From: Octopus sinensis
Lineage: Eukaryota
Assembly (NCBI RefSeq): GCF_006345805.1
Contig: NW_021834398.1
Coordinates: forward strand, 1-58,938
Reading direction: 5' to 3'
Length of the DNA: 58,938 nt
Shown here: positions 10,911 to 25,030 of the stretch, piece by piece
Layout of the letters: every line of letters begins with the position of its first letter
Position numbering within the stretch: position 1 is the first letter of the stretch
Notes under the pieces: model-generated
Told to the model about the DNA's origin: nothing
The model's input: the letters and a program-made list of their open reading frames with translations, nothing else
Databases searched by the model: none
Translations under genes and position numbers: made by a program

Positions 10911-13421
10911 ATATATATATATATATAATATATATATATATATAGTAGTACTTTTTAAGTATTGTACAGCGTAAACCGATGTTGTTTCTCATATATTACA
11001 AAGTATGCTAACAATTTGTCATAATCGTTATAATACTTTCGCTAAACATAAAGTCACTTCTTTTTCTGTACTTTCCAGTTACTATGTTTCTTCGTTTTTA
11101 CATCTAGAGTGTGCACTTTTTTTTTACCATTGTCGTTATTGTGTAGGTAGTGGTGGCGCTCGTGTAGTACATATATTTACTATAGTTGTTATGTTGCTGA
11201 TGTTTGTTGTGCGATTTAATGATGTTTTGGGCAGGTTTTCGTTTTTTAGCTGGAACTGCTGAACGTATCGTTTGTTTATTTATTTTTCTCTGTTTCTCTA
11301 TTTCTCGCTTCTGCCAAATTTCTGACCATTAATATAATCATGTGATCAACAACAGAAATTCTTTCAGAGAAACTCTTTGACATAGCGACTGAACGCTACT
11401 GACCGGAAAATTACTCGGATAGAACAAAGTAAAGTTGTGATCTTAACGAGTAAATTAGTAAGCTGCCAAATGAGGAAGACAGTCGGATATTTGAGGGAGG
11501 TATTTTTGTATGTCATTGTGTTTTTATCTATATTCTTTTTCTTAACAATGTATGAGTGGAAGGAACCATAAAAAATTCATAATGAAAACGAATATGACGG
11601 AAATAAGCGGTCTACGCGATCTAAAATGGAAAGCAGCCAATGTGTGTGAGTATATATATTTTTTTTCAATGCAAAAAAAAAAAATGCTGTTTCTTTTGGT
11701 ATCAATATTTACTTTTTAATCAAAAGGCCTCCATTTTTTATGTATCTTCTTATGGGCATATAGACGCATAAAAGATAGCACGGAAACAAAAAAAAACTGT
11801 ATTTGAAAAAATAGAATATCTATTGTCTGTACGTATACCAACATTCCAGCATGATTGTACGCATATGAGTTCCTATTAATGGTTCTTTTGTAAGAATATT
11901 TTTTCTTCTCCACACACAAACAACACAAAAACCTGATCTGCTTATGAGAACAGATGTAAGTTGTTAAATCCATGTATTAGCTCTTAGTATTAAAGGTTTA
12001 AGTGATGCTGTTCAAATTAACATCCGAAACTGTGTCATGGGAACGGTTTATATTTCTTTAAAATATATATTCGATGCGACAGTCATGGTGATGACTTTCT
12101 CAATATAACTTATAATCTAAATAAAAGGAAATAACTAAACTAGAAATCATAACCAAAATTAAAAGCAATTTTTGAATCTTTTTGTACAGTTCAGTGAATT
12201 ATTGAAACACTTATCAGTGCCGCTGTGTACAGCGGCATTGTACCTACTTCACCTGTGGGGGAATCGAAATAGTGATTAGTGTCTTGGTCGTAACACAGCA
12301 CATGCCATGGAACAAGAACTCGCTTAGGAAAATAAACCCCTAAGACAAAAGCCCCCCAAACAAACCCCCATAGTTAAAGTATGAAAGTGTTTTTTTTTAT
12401 TTTTACAACCGCGGTTTCTGTTTTTGTTTATTTGAAATTATATAAAAATAATGTTTAAAGATTTGGCTGTTATCTCTAGCATGTGGAAAGACTTCTTAGG
12501 CTTAACTATGTGCTTGTTGAAAATCATAAAAAAAAATATTGGGTCGATACATTCGATTAAAAATTCTTCGAGGTGATGCTCGAACATGGCCTCAGTTTAA
12601 TGATTGCAACAAGTAAAATGAAAGTAAAAACGAAATATATCAGAAAAAAAACAGGCTAGGCGTCAAGAAATGTGGAAAAAAAAAAAAACCGAAAAAGTAA
12701 CCGAATATAAGCATGGGGCTTTTGTCCACTTTCACACTTTAAGTAGGGGCTTTTGTTTGTACCCCTGTTCAGCACCCCCAGCTATCAAGATAGCACTCCC
12801 AGTTGGAATCGGCTGGCTACGTGGCTGATAACACAGCACATGCCATGGAACATGAACTGCCAATTCATACAGAGTTTACCTTCTATACAAGGTAAACTCT
12901 GTAAAACTGAATCGGTCGTGTCTCTCAGAGATTTCAGTACTCGTTTCGTGCTGACTAGATGCTCAGATTTTATTTTAAGGTAAATAGAAGATTTGAAATC
13001 GTGATACTCATAAATTAATTAGAAAACACCGGCTCGAAAGTGAAACTGAAATCGGCTCAGCGAGATCTAGCATAGAATTACATTTTATCGAAATAGATTT
13101 GAACTGAGCAACAATAAAACCTTTGGTAACGTTTTCTTCTATTATGTTGTCAGATAAGTTCATTAGTTTTTGCTCCTCAACACCACCATTTTTCTTCTGC
13201 TTTCCGTGTTATTTAAATTTACGCGAAAAATATTTTTATTGTAGTGTTTTATGGACAGCGCTAACAATTCTTCCTCTACAAATTTCATAATTCATTATTT
13301 TATTTTTCCCGATTGTATTGTCCCCTCTATGTTGCCCCTTGTGGGTAGGAATAAAACAATTCTTCCTCTACAACTTTTGTTTATCGTGTCTGAAATTTGA
13401 GTAAATTTTGCCTCTTTTCAG

Positions 13422-13547
13422 GTGTGCCAAGTGGAAGAAAACGAACGAATTTATCCGACAATCTAATAAATAGAAGTAAATGCTTAATATTTTAAGCGAG
13501 ATTGGAACGAATGGATGTAGCGTTCAAAATATTCTTTTAAATTTAAG
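13422..13547 (+). CDS. Candidate exon (possible 5'UTR plus start ATG at 13480, MLNILSEIGTNGCSVQNILLNL); product unknown
   Basis: Acceptor ttttgcctcttttcag and donor AAG/gtaagg; all three frames contain stops unless translation starts at 13480. No homology recognised. Confidence 0.3.
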
Positions 13548-14296
13548 GTAAGGTTGTCGAGTTATATGATCAAAGCGATGATTGTCTCTCATCCACGACA
13601 GTTTTTGCACTAAGATGCTCGCTACAGCTACAATCTCAATATCTCTACAATATTTGCTAATATAGGAATAACAGCACTAAAGTGACACATGACAAACTAT
13701 AAACTTTAGCCTTAAAGTGCAACGACACAGCTGATTAATCCATTCATCAATATCATTTTTTTTTTCTTTTTGTTTCGACTATCACCTCTGATACAACTAA
13801 TTATTTTCGCATGAAAAAATGTCTAATGTAAGTTTTACTTCAACTGCAAATGAATATTTGAAAACGGTACATCTTTGACATCTTCCTGTTTTAGTTAAGT
13901 TAGAACGACGGAGCTCACTTCTACTATAAAAAAAAAAAACAACAAAAAACTGAATGAGAACCTTTAGGCCAAGCAAAATCTATTGTTTCCTTCTATTGTT
14001 CTTATTTAAACCTTACTTGGACGCTATTAGTTTTTCGTGATTTAAAAAAGAGGAAAAAGAACAACAACATTAAACTTTCTTTGTCATTTCAGTTTACACA
14101 ATGACTCTTCAGGCCATCCTCATTTACAATGCATGTGTATATACACATATACTCCGCCTACATATATATATATATATATATATGTGTATGTATGTGTGTA
14201 TATGTGTGTACATATATGTTCATATATATGCATATTTATATATGTATATGTGTATATCTATATATACGCATTTGGTTATATATATGTATATATATA

Positions 14297-14350
<54 letters not shown>

Positions 14351-14400
14351 ACACGTATATGTATATATGTTTAAATACGCATTTGTATATATATATATAT

Positions 14401-14433
<33 letters not shown>

Positions 14434-15194
14434 CAGATATATATCTATGTACGTATAATTATGTATATTATTTACGTATTTACACGTATATGTCTGTGCA
14501 TCTCTCTCTCTCTCTTTCTCTCTCTCTCTTTATCTCTCTCTTTCTCTCTCCCTCTCTTTCTCTCTCTATCTCTCTCTTTCTCTTTCTCTTTCTCTATCTC
14601 TCTCTCTTAATGTACATATTCTTTATTTTTATTTAAAGTATATTTTTTTTCAAATTTGATTAATTCTCTGGCTTATTTTTTTATGAATTTGATATTTAAA
14701 ACTTTGACTCTTTTGTTTCATTCATTCCTAAAGACTTTTCCGTTCTGTTTAAAAATAATCATTATGTTTTTCTTTTCACGTCTTTTTTTTTCTTTTTCCT
14801 TCGTTTTTTTTTTCGTGCTAGAACGCTTATACGTTCAGCATTTTTTTTTCAGACAAAGGCTGATTTTGATGTGACGTTTTCTGAGAAAACAAAAATTAAC
14901 ATGGAAACATATAGATAACTTGTCACTAATAAGAACATGGTTTATATTTCTCAGTTTCAAATCGTGCCTTGGTTGGCATTGACTGCTATATATCAGAGGT
15001 CGGTAAAAAAAAGTAGGTGAAATTCTTGTAAATATATATGCAGCTCGGACCTTATTGGTTGTTGTTAGGACTAGGTGCTTGATGTTGTAGTTCAATGAAT
15101 CCCAATTTCTAAATAAAAATTATGTTTGAAGTCCGTACTTTAGATAAGAAGTATCAGCTATATTAGCAGCCGACTCACAAGAATTCACTAAATA

Positions 15195-15480
15195 ATCCTC
15201 TCAGTTTCTCTCTCTCTTTCTCCCTCTCCCTCTCTCTCTCTCTCTTCTCTCTCTTCCTCTCTCTCCACTCTCTTCCTCCCTCTCTCTTCTCTCTCTTCCT
15301 CTCTTCCCCTCTCTCTCTTCCTCCCTCTCTCTCTCTTTCTCTCTTTCCCTCTCTCTCCACTCTCTTCCTCCCTCTCTCTTCTCTCTCTTCCTCTCTCTCC
15401 ACTCTCTCTTCCTCCCCGTCTCTCTCTCCCTCCCTCTCTCTCTCACACACGCTCTACCTCCTTCTCTCTCTCTCTCTTCC
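15195..15480. repeat. Polypyrimidine (CT)-rich tract with higher-order repeat unit
   Basis: Unit ctctctccactctcttcctccctctctcttctctctcttcct recurs two to three times. Confidence 0.9.
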
Positions 15481-15571
15481 CAGTCTGCGTCTAATGGAAC
15501 CGAAGCAATGTTTTTTTCAGAACCATGAACTGTAATCCTAAATAATGTCCCGGTGAGAAAATAGAATATAT

Positions 15572-15619
<48 letters not shown>

Positions 15620-16052
15620 TATACTCTAGAGTTCGTAGAAATTCTTTTCTGTATAGTTGAGCCCAAAGCCCAAATATATTCCAGCATTCACATTATGTAT
15701 ACTATTCCGTCATTTTATATATCAAGGACTACACCGTCCGATGTAGCCATCCTTATTCAAGACTGTTGAATGTGATTTAAAAGAGATTTTCCTGCTATTT
15801 CTAGCTAAGTGATTAACCGTGTATAGAGAATTTCGTTCATTTCAGCAAATAGAAGTTGCTTTTCTTATATACACAATCAAAGTAGAGTCATATCTCTACC
15901 TATACTACGTATACAGAGAATATAAGATATTATGACCGTGACTAACACATCTTATATTCAAACTTATTGTCATCTAAGACATGATTTGGTTGCTATCTCT
16001 AGTACATCGCACGATCATCCATAGGCATTCTTAAACATCATCATCATCATCA

Positions 16053-16117
<65 letters not shown>

Positions 16118-16122
16118 ATTAT

Positions 16123-16805
16123 TATTTCCTTCTTTCTTCAAATTTTTTTCCATTTCTCGCCGAGCGTTTTCCGTACACCTAGGGCAGAGAAGCTCATTGT
16201 ATGCATTCCCAGATAACATACGCAAATTCACAGGTAAAATGTGTATTTAAAAATTAATGAATAAATAAATTCATGAATGGATGTTATTTTCACAGCGATA
16301 ATGCTCTTCTCAGTACATGATCCGTTCCAGTTAATACGATTTTTTGCACTTCCTGTAGGGATGGTAAGCCTGGTATCATTTTCAAATAGGTTTCAGTACC
16401 TTTTTTTTTTTATCATTCCTAGAGATCCTACAATCACTGGTACTGTAGTCGCCTTGAGATGCCACATTTTTTCAATTTCTATTAGCAAGTCTTTATATTT
16501 ACTGATCTTGTCAAATTCTTTCGCCGCTATATTGTGATCGCAAGGAATACTCATGTCAATTAATAAACACATCCTTTTTGTCTGATCTTTTATAATAGTA
16601 TCCGGTTTATTAGCTTTTATATTTTTGTCGGTATGTACGGGGAAGTCCCATAGAATCGACACATTTTCTCCCTCAGTCACAGCTTCAGGATGGTGTTTAT
16701 ACCATTTGTCAGCGGTTTTGAATTTATAATGTCGACATATTGTCCAACGTAAATACTGACCGACTCTGTCATGTCTTGCTTTATATTCTACAGGCGCTAA
16801 GACTC
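16123..16805 (-). mobile_element. 5'-truncated R4/Dong-clade non-LTR retrotransposon (RLE domain plus 3' UTR)
   Basis: Minus translation YKARHDRVGQYLRWTIC...ILWDFPVHTDKNIKANKPDTII...LIDMSIP...PVIVGSLG, then after a frameshift LQEVQKIVLTGTDHVLRRALSL*; flanked on both sides by (ATT)n. Confidence 0.85.
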
Positions 16806-16830
16806 TTAATTATTATTATTATCATTATTA

Positions 16831-16916
<86 letters not shown>

Positions 16917-16920
16917 TTCA

Positions 16921-16957
<37 letters not shown>

Positions 16958-16974
16958 CATTATAATCATCATCA

Positions 16975-17039
<65 letters not shown>

Positions 17040-17095
17040 AATAATATTATTAATATTATTATCGCTATTATTATCATTATTATTATTATTATTAT

Positions 17096-17294
17096 TGAGT
17101 GAGCGAGCAGAGCATGCCATCAAAGTGACACTGGGGTAAAATATACGAAGCCCAGTATACCCATCATGACTACCCGTCTGATAAGGGTACACCAGGCACA
17201 TGCATCACAACCATATGTGCGCGACATGGTGATCTCATATCAAGATAAACAGCACATGACCTTGCAGGTGGAGCCCAGTTAGAATTTTCTTCAG
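17096..17294. mobile_element. ~200-bp complex-sequence insert within an (ATT)n array, probably the truncated end of another TAA-targeting retroelement
   Basis: Non-simple sequence bounded by (ATT)n on both sides; family identity inferred only. Confidence 0.5.
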
Positions 17295-17610
17295 TATTAT
17301 TATTATTATTATTATCATTATTATTTTCATTATTATTATTATTATCATTATTATTATTATCATTATTATTATTATTATTATTATTGAACTACAGAAGTCG
17401 ACTTTGTCTTTCATCTTTTCGGGACAACAAGTATCAGTTAGTTAAGCACTGGGTTCAATATAATCCATTAACACCTACTCCTAAAATTGCTAGCTTTGTG
17501 CGAAAATCTGAAACTATTATGAAATTGGCTTGTTACAAAACTTTTTCGTGGATGGCGAACCGAACTGAACGTGGAGTATGCCAGTTCTTGAATTAAATTC
17601 AATTCTTTTC

Positions 17611-17843
17611 TTATTTCTTTATTGCTCACAAGGGGCTAAACATAGAGGGGACAAACAAGGGCAGACAAAGGGATTAAGTCGATTACATCGATCCCATTAC
17701 GTAACTGGTACTTAATTTATCGACCCTGAAAGGATGAAAGGCAAAGTCGACCTCGGCGGAATTTGAACTGAGAACATAACGGCAGACGAAATACCGCAAA
17801 GTATTTCGCCCGGCGTCCTAACGTTTCTGCCAGCTCGCCGGCT
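17611..17843 (-). mobile_element. SINE family B, full length
   Basis: Reverse complement of the copy at 25308-25539. Confidence 0.85.
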
Positions 17844-18468
17844 TTCAATTCTTTTCTACTGAAGAAATCGAACTGGCTATGCACGTAAATGAAAGACTCA
17901 ACGACTTGACAGTATTGTCGGATCTCACAACAAATAGATAGTCCAACCATGGTGATATACCACTATCATTCAAGGGCTTTATTGCAGCATCTGTAGATTA
18001 CCATGTTATAACACACTTAACGAAATTTTAAGTAACATCTATTATTTCCACGCCTACTGAATATGCTTACAGCAAATATGTCAAGCTTAACATCGCGCTA
18101 TAAGATAACTATTTATATATTTATTTGCATATTCCAAATCCCGCCTTTTCCATTTACACCCGTACCACCTTCATCAACTCAATACTTTCTACACACATTC
18201 TAACACAAACATTCGAAAGACTCGTTCGAACGCGCACAGACATCTTTAAATAATGCGAAGCTGAGTCAAACTATTGTCAAATACACATAACACTAAACAA
18301 GTGCCTTGAGCGCTACTTCCTTTCGCTTGTACACTCACACACACACACATATATATACACATATATATGTATATACATACACATATATATATAGATATAC
18401 ATATATAATATACATATATAATTATATATATAAATATACACACAACACACACACACCACACACATATA

Positions 18469-18537
<69 letters not shown>

Positions 18538-18541
18538 ATTT

Positions 18542-19270
18542 GGGAAACCACTAGGTGGATAACCGTACGCTAGAAGATCACATACGATCTAACTACAAAG
18601 AAAAAATGCTCTCCAGAGAAAATTCAGCGAACACCAGAACATAAGCGGGAAAGACAGATGAAAATTATATAAAAAGCAAGAATTAATCTAATACCGATTT
18701 CGTCTATTACTGAATAAATTACTTACGTAATCCTTCGTCCGCAGAACTCATCACTACGATCGTTCCAATTTCAATATAATTTGCAAAACTAAACACTATT
18801 TGTCCATATAAAACTAGACATGTGCTTAGTTCTACCGATTATATTGGGGTTATTTTCAAATGTCTAAGTTCTGGCGCGCTAAATTCCGGAAACAGTTCTG
18901 CAGCAGATAATTTACTGCAGTTAATGTTGCCAATTAGAGAACATAATTATTTTAAAATTCTAAAATTTAAATAATGAGGGAGATAAATTGAATATTAATT
19001 TAATTAATATCAATTTAAAACCAGTAGCCCAGCGTATAAAAAATCTGAAAAATCAGAAAAAATTTCAAAACATGTGTATATTTAGGGAAACCACTAGGTG
19101 GATAACCATACGCTAGAAGAAGATCACATACGATCTAACTAAAAAGAAAAAATGCTCTCCAGAGAAATTTCAGCGAACACCAGGACATAAGTGGCCAAGA
19201 CAGATGAAAATGATATAAAAATCAAGAATTAATCGTATACTGGTTTCGTCTGTTACCGAATAAATTACTT
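18542..19270. repeat. Pair of diverged ~185-bp direct repeats (18542-18726, 19085-19270)
   Basis: Both start gggaaaccactaggtggataacc and end gaataaattactta. Confidence 0.85.
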
Positions 19271-19296
19271 ATACATGTATACATATACAGTATGTA

Positions 19297-19340
<44 letters not shown>

Positions 19341-19646
19341 TATATATAGATATATATACATATATAATATATATACTATATATATAGATATATTATTTAA
19401 TCCATACAACACATATGTATGTATACACACACCAATATGCCCGTTTGTGTGTATGTGTGTGTCTATAATATACAGTATATAATTCATATAGATATATATG
19501 CGAAAAATCATATCACATAATGCCCATGTATATATGCGATAAAGTGTATGTATATGTGTGTATATATTGCGTAATTTATATATATTATTATATGATACAT
19601 ATTCTATATAATTATATATATATATATGTGTGTCGAACTGTACATG

Positions 19647-19694
<48 letters not shown>

Positions 19695-19784
19695 ATAATA
19701 TTATATTATATATATATATATATAACGATTTAGGAGTGACCCCACACAGGTCACTCGTCCACAGAAATTGCTACCCTAAATTGA

Positions 19785-19836
<52 letters not shown>

Positions 19837-19908
19837 CATATTATATTATATACTATATGTATTATAAATAAATATACAACACGCACACCCACACACACCA
19901 CACACCCA

Positions 19909-19955
<47 letters not shown>

Positions 19956-20216
19956 ATATAATAAAGGTGGCTAGACGCAATATAAAACCGAAAAGGAAGA
20001 ATACAATAGTCACTACTTGTGAGTGAGGGTGCATTGTAGCATTTACATTGCTAGAAGTAATAGTCAAAGACACTTATAGCTACAACCATAGCACAAGTTT
20101 ATGTACTCCCCTGTCAGGACATAGACTTGAGCTATGTTTGTCGTTATAAGGGTCTTTGACTCTTACTTCTAACAATATGCTAAATTGCACCTTTAGTCAC
20201 TATATATACATATATA

Positions 20217-20285
<69 letters not shown>

Positions 20286-21600
20286 GACTGGGTGCTGAAA
20301 CAACTGCTCAACCACTCAAATGTGGAAGTCATATATCTCGACTTCGCAAAGGCCTTCGATTAAGTCGATCATGGAATGATATGTCACAAGCTGCGTGATC
20401 TTGGCAGAGTTGGAAAACTAGGAGAATGGCTTCACGACTTTCTGAAGAATAGAAGTCAGGTGGTAGTAGCCAATGGGGCCACTTCCATTAGCACGCAAAT
20501 AGTGAGCGGTGTTCCACAGGGCACTGTTTTGGGACCACTACTGTTCATAATGGCCCTCTCAGGCATGCCCTCAGCCACGCGGAGAGCCACGATCACAAGT
20601 TATGCAGATGATACAAAAGTTTCACAGGCAATACAGAACCCTGAAGACACTAGGCACCTGCAATATGAGCTGGACGAAATATACAAGTGGGCTGAAAAGA
20701 ATAGCATGCAGTTCAATGCTGAAAAGTTTCAAGCTTTATACTATCAGCATGCAAAACTGAATGCAATACCCAAGGAATACACTGGACCCGGAGGGATTGC
20801 AATCCCAGAGGCACAATCAGTGCGTGACCTGGGTATTCACATGAGTGATGACGCGACCTTTCATGTACATGTTGCTAAACTGACAATGAAATGCAGACGG
20901 CTGGCTGGCCGGATTCTTAGAACCTTTAGAACAAGAGAACAAGAAACCATGATGGTCCTCTGGAAGACACTTGTCCTAAGTCACTTTGACTATTGCTCTC
21001 AGCTATGGTCACCATCCAGTGTCAAGTTGATCACAGAACTTGAGGCGATCCAACGAAGCTACACGAAGAAGATAGCCTCTATGCAGAATGTAAGCTACTG
21101 GGAAAGACTCAAGAGATTAAAATTATATTCCCTGGAGCGTAGGGGGAAAGATATGCCATAATATACATCTGGAAGATCCTGGAGGGAAGTGTCCTGAACT
21201 TTGGCATCGAGAGTTACGCAAACGCCAGAACTGGGCGCCACTGCGTGGTGCCTAGGACTCCAAACTTGCCATCAAGATGTAGGACAAGATTCTGTGATAG
21301 CCTGGGCTTCCAAGGCCCACAGCTCTTCAATATCCTCCCGATGAACCTGAGAGACCTGCATGGGGTGGATACAGATGTCTTTAAAATGGAGCTGGATCTC
21401 TTCCTGTCAGGTGTCCCAGATGAACCAACTTCACGGCAGGAGGGGCAGATGAGGGCAGCTGCATCGAACTCTCTCATGCACCAAATAGCAGTTGCTAGAA
21501 AGCCTCCATGAAGTGAAACCAAGTAGCAACACCAAATGGCGGTGCCCCAGCATGGCCACAGCTCATAAGCTGAAACTGGAATCAATCAATCAATCAATCA
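20286..21600 (+). mobile_element. 5'-truncated CR1-clade LINE (reverse transcriptase, 3' UTR, (ATCA)n tail)
   Basis: YLDFAKAFD*VDH (TAA at 20361), GVPQGTVLGPLLF, YADDTK, RDLGI, HFDYCSQLWSP; frameshifts near 21150-21200. Confidence 0.95.
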
Positions 21601-21753
21601 TAGGTGAATACAAAAAACGGGACAAGAACACAAAAAATCCAGACGTGTAGATGACACAAAAAAGGGACAAGAAAAAAACACGGACGGATTTCCTCCGTCG
21701 AGTTCCAGATTATCTTTGCAATTTCTGCTGGTTATACTCGATATTATATATAC

Positions 21754-21816
<63 letters not shown>

Positions 21817-22854
21817 CGTAAGGCTAGGATTTGATGCGAGTAAGAGTTCAAAGGTGTCCGAATTATCTCTATGGTACAGAGCATCTCCAAATAGACATCA
21901 TTATGTAAACGTTGTCCGAGCCTAATTCGATTATCTATGAACTAAATCAACCAATGTCAATATAAGTAATCACTATAAACCATGAAGTCACAGAGGACGG
22001 TGACTTAGTTTAAGGAGAAGTGATTCTATCTGCCAATCTATCTACCACTATATATGTGTATGTGCGTCTGTATGTGTTTGTATGTATGGCTACATGATCA
22101 TTTGTGAATGTGTTCCAAATTATTTACGTTCTAACCAAACGTTCGTCTATGTATCTGAATCTGTACTCATGTATTTCTCTATGCATATATCAGTAATCTA
22201 CAAATCTATCTCAACGTGTGTCTATGTATCTATAAATCAACGTGAATAAATGGAAATGTGCGCATCTGTATACCTCTATGATAGTGTTTTTGTCTCTCTA
22301 ATAATTCTTAATTCTTTTAATATCGATTGTGTTCAAATTATTTATTCAAAAACTTTAAGGGTAGATTTAAGTATATTTGATGACTTTAATATACTCCAGA
22401 CTTATATTACTTCAAATTTACGTGGGAAGCTATGGAATTGGCAGCTTTAATACAATTAATTATGACCGAAATTAATGAATGGCCTTAAGATGATTTGTTT
22501 CTGATTATTTTCCTTAATTAACTTCAGTGCAGAAACTTGAGAAATCGAATTAAGTTTTAGATGCGATACAGTGCGCATTATCTAACTGGATTTCATATCA
22601 AGTTAAGCCAAAATTTCAAAGCCTCTGGTAAGTGAGTAAAGCAGCAGAAACTGAGCAAAACCAGTCATGTTCTGCGTCGTCATAAAGTAATACAAATAGT
22701 TCGAATATTGGAATATATTTCATGTCGTGAAAACGAGGGGAACTGATAACGTTTCAGACTCTTGTCCTTCTCCAGGAAGAGAGAAAAATAATCACTAGGT
22801 TGCAAACGTGTTCATGAATAGATGAAAGAATTGGAGAAGTGACTTTAACAGATG

Positions 22855-22929
<75 letters not shown>

Positions 22930-23619
22930 GAAGATGAGTAGAAGGAGAGAGAGCAAGAGAGAAAGAGAAGAAAAGGCATCAGTATAAGCTGGTGATTAGA
23001 TGCGGACAGGTTATCGTGTGCACCCTTCCATATATCGTTCCCTAGCCTTCATTTCTGTCTCCTATCTCATCTACTTATCCTCACTTCTGACTCGTAATTT
23101 TACTAATACTTCGGTCACCAGTCCGCATAATCTACTTCTTTTCAAACCGTGCAACTCCCACATGAATTGGTAATCTTTCTCACATACATATTTGCATAAT
23201 TTATTCATTACTCTAATACCATCATTTTTACAGGCAGTAACCTAGTATATGTGAATACATTCTTTTATATTTTTGCTCACTGCAAGCCTACTGAACAATT
23301 AAACAATGGAGCTGTTAACACAATGGAGCTGTTAACACATGAATTTGATTGAGCTGTATGTTTAATTACAGTTGACTTTTTCAGTAGGTTGCATAAATTC
23401 AGTTGAAGAGACAATGGTATTTGATCTCTTAATTCTATGTACAAAGTGAAACACTGGGGCTGATTTAATCGACTAGTCCCCTCCCCCAAATTTTCAAGCC
23501 TTGTGTTTTAATAAATATGTTGAGGCCAACTCAATGTTTTATAATATAATTCATTTAACTAAGTTTTATCGCCACTATAAACTCGTTGCCTGGCTTGGGA
23601 TTAAGAACTACATAATATG

Positions 23620-23830
23620 GCAGCAAGGCGGTGGACAGGCAGTGTCGTTAGGAAATCGGACAAAATGCTTAATGGCATTTCTTTCGGCTTTTCATGTTCT
23701 GAGTTCAAATTCTGCTGAAATCGGCTTTCAACCTTTCAGTGTCAATAAAATGAAGAACCTGTCCAGTACAGGGATCGGTGTAATTGACTTAACAATCTGT
23801 CCCATCTCAAAATTACTGACCTTGAATCTT
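23620..23830 (+). mobile_element. SINE family B, degenerate
   Basis: Head aaggcggtggacaggcagtgtcgttag and core ttctgagttcaaattc...ggctttca.cctttc. Confidence 0.7.
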
Positions 23831-24306
23831 ACAACGAACCGGTTTCCACTCCAGTGGAATGTTGTGCTCTCATCCACTTATACGCTATAAAAACCGGATA
23901 ATTGGCTTTGTGAGTCAAGAAAAAATACGGCCCCCGTCAAATGCAACAAAAGCTTACCCAACATAAATTTTCAATACATGCAAGGAAATATTTCTTTTTT
24001 CATTTATATGTACTTTACTGGTCAGTTATTTAGAAATCTATCTGTATATATTCTATTGAGTTTCGAAATAACTCAACAGTCAGTCCTTATATTTATACAT
24101 ACATAGCATAAAACAATGCACATACATTAGCATCTACATCTATCTCAAAGATTTAAACATGGGCGTGAATGTATGTGCATGTGTTGTATATATATATATA
24201 CATGTATATGTATATATACACATACATACATGCATATATATTATACACATATACTTACATTATACAAACACACGCATACATAGAGAGAAAAAGAGAAATA
24301 TAAATA

Positions 24307-24825
24307 CGAGGTCTGATCAATAAGTCTCCGAACTATTGCCACAGTCACGAAGCTACAGAATGCAGAGTAAAGCTGCTTGGCAACGATTGAGCTTCAACTC
24401 TTCTGTGTATGCACGCTAAGTTTCAACATCGTAGCTTACTTTCGCTGTTTGCAGCACTGCTTAGAAGGAATGTGTATAGCGTGTGATCGTCGCATTGACC
24501 ATGACTGAGAAAGTTGTCATGGCGATACCTGCTCAGAGGCCTACGTAAAGTTGCCGAAAGTACATGAAGAGGAGGGTATGAGCTGCATACAAGTTAACGA
24601 GTGATTCAGACGTTTCCAAGATGGCCGAAAAATTGATATTGACGAACGTTCTCGGAGAACCGCAACGAGCAGAACTGAGAAAGATATCGCAGATATACGT
24701 GCAGCTATGAGGGAAATCGTTGAATCACCATCCGTGAGTTATCAGAGGATGTGCAGATTAGTTGCGGTTGAGTTCAGTCCACTGTGTCAACAACGCAGCG
24801 CTGAATTTGTTATGACCGTCAATGA
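24307..24825 (+). mobile_element. Mariner 5' fragment (TIR plus decayed HTH region)
   Basis: TA/CGAGGTCTGATCAATAAG end; translation ...E*FRRFQDGRKIDIDERSRR... typical of mariner N-termini. Confidence 0.75.
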
Positions 24826-25030
24826 GGTTTCATGTGTGTGTGTTTGTGTGGGTGGGGGGGGGGGTTGCTTCGTGTGTAGCCATGCCTTATATATAGTTTT
24901 ATTTATTTATTTTATCTATCTGTGTCTTACATTTAACACAAGACACAAACGCAGGCGCACATAAGGATACACATCTTAGAAGAACAGAATGAACTAAATG
25001 GAACGAGAACACATGCGAAAACGAAAAGTA

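Noticed and set aside
14093-14135. Minus-strand CTGAAGA GTCA...TGAC and a plus-strand exon candidate
   Set aside because: The stem is followed by AAAG rather than GAAA; the exon lacks a convincing donor and runs into microsatellite.
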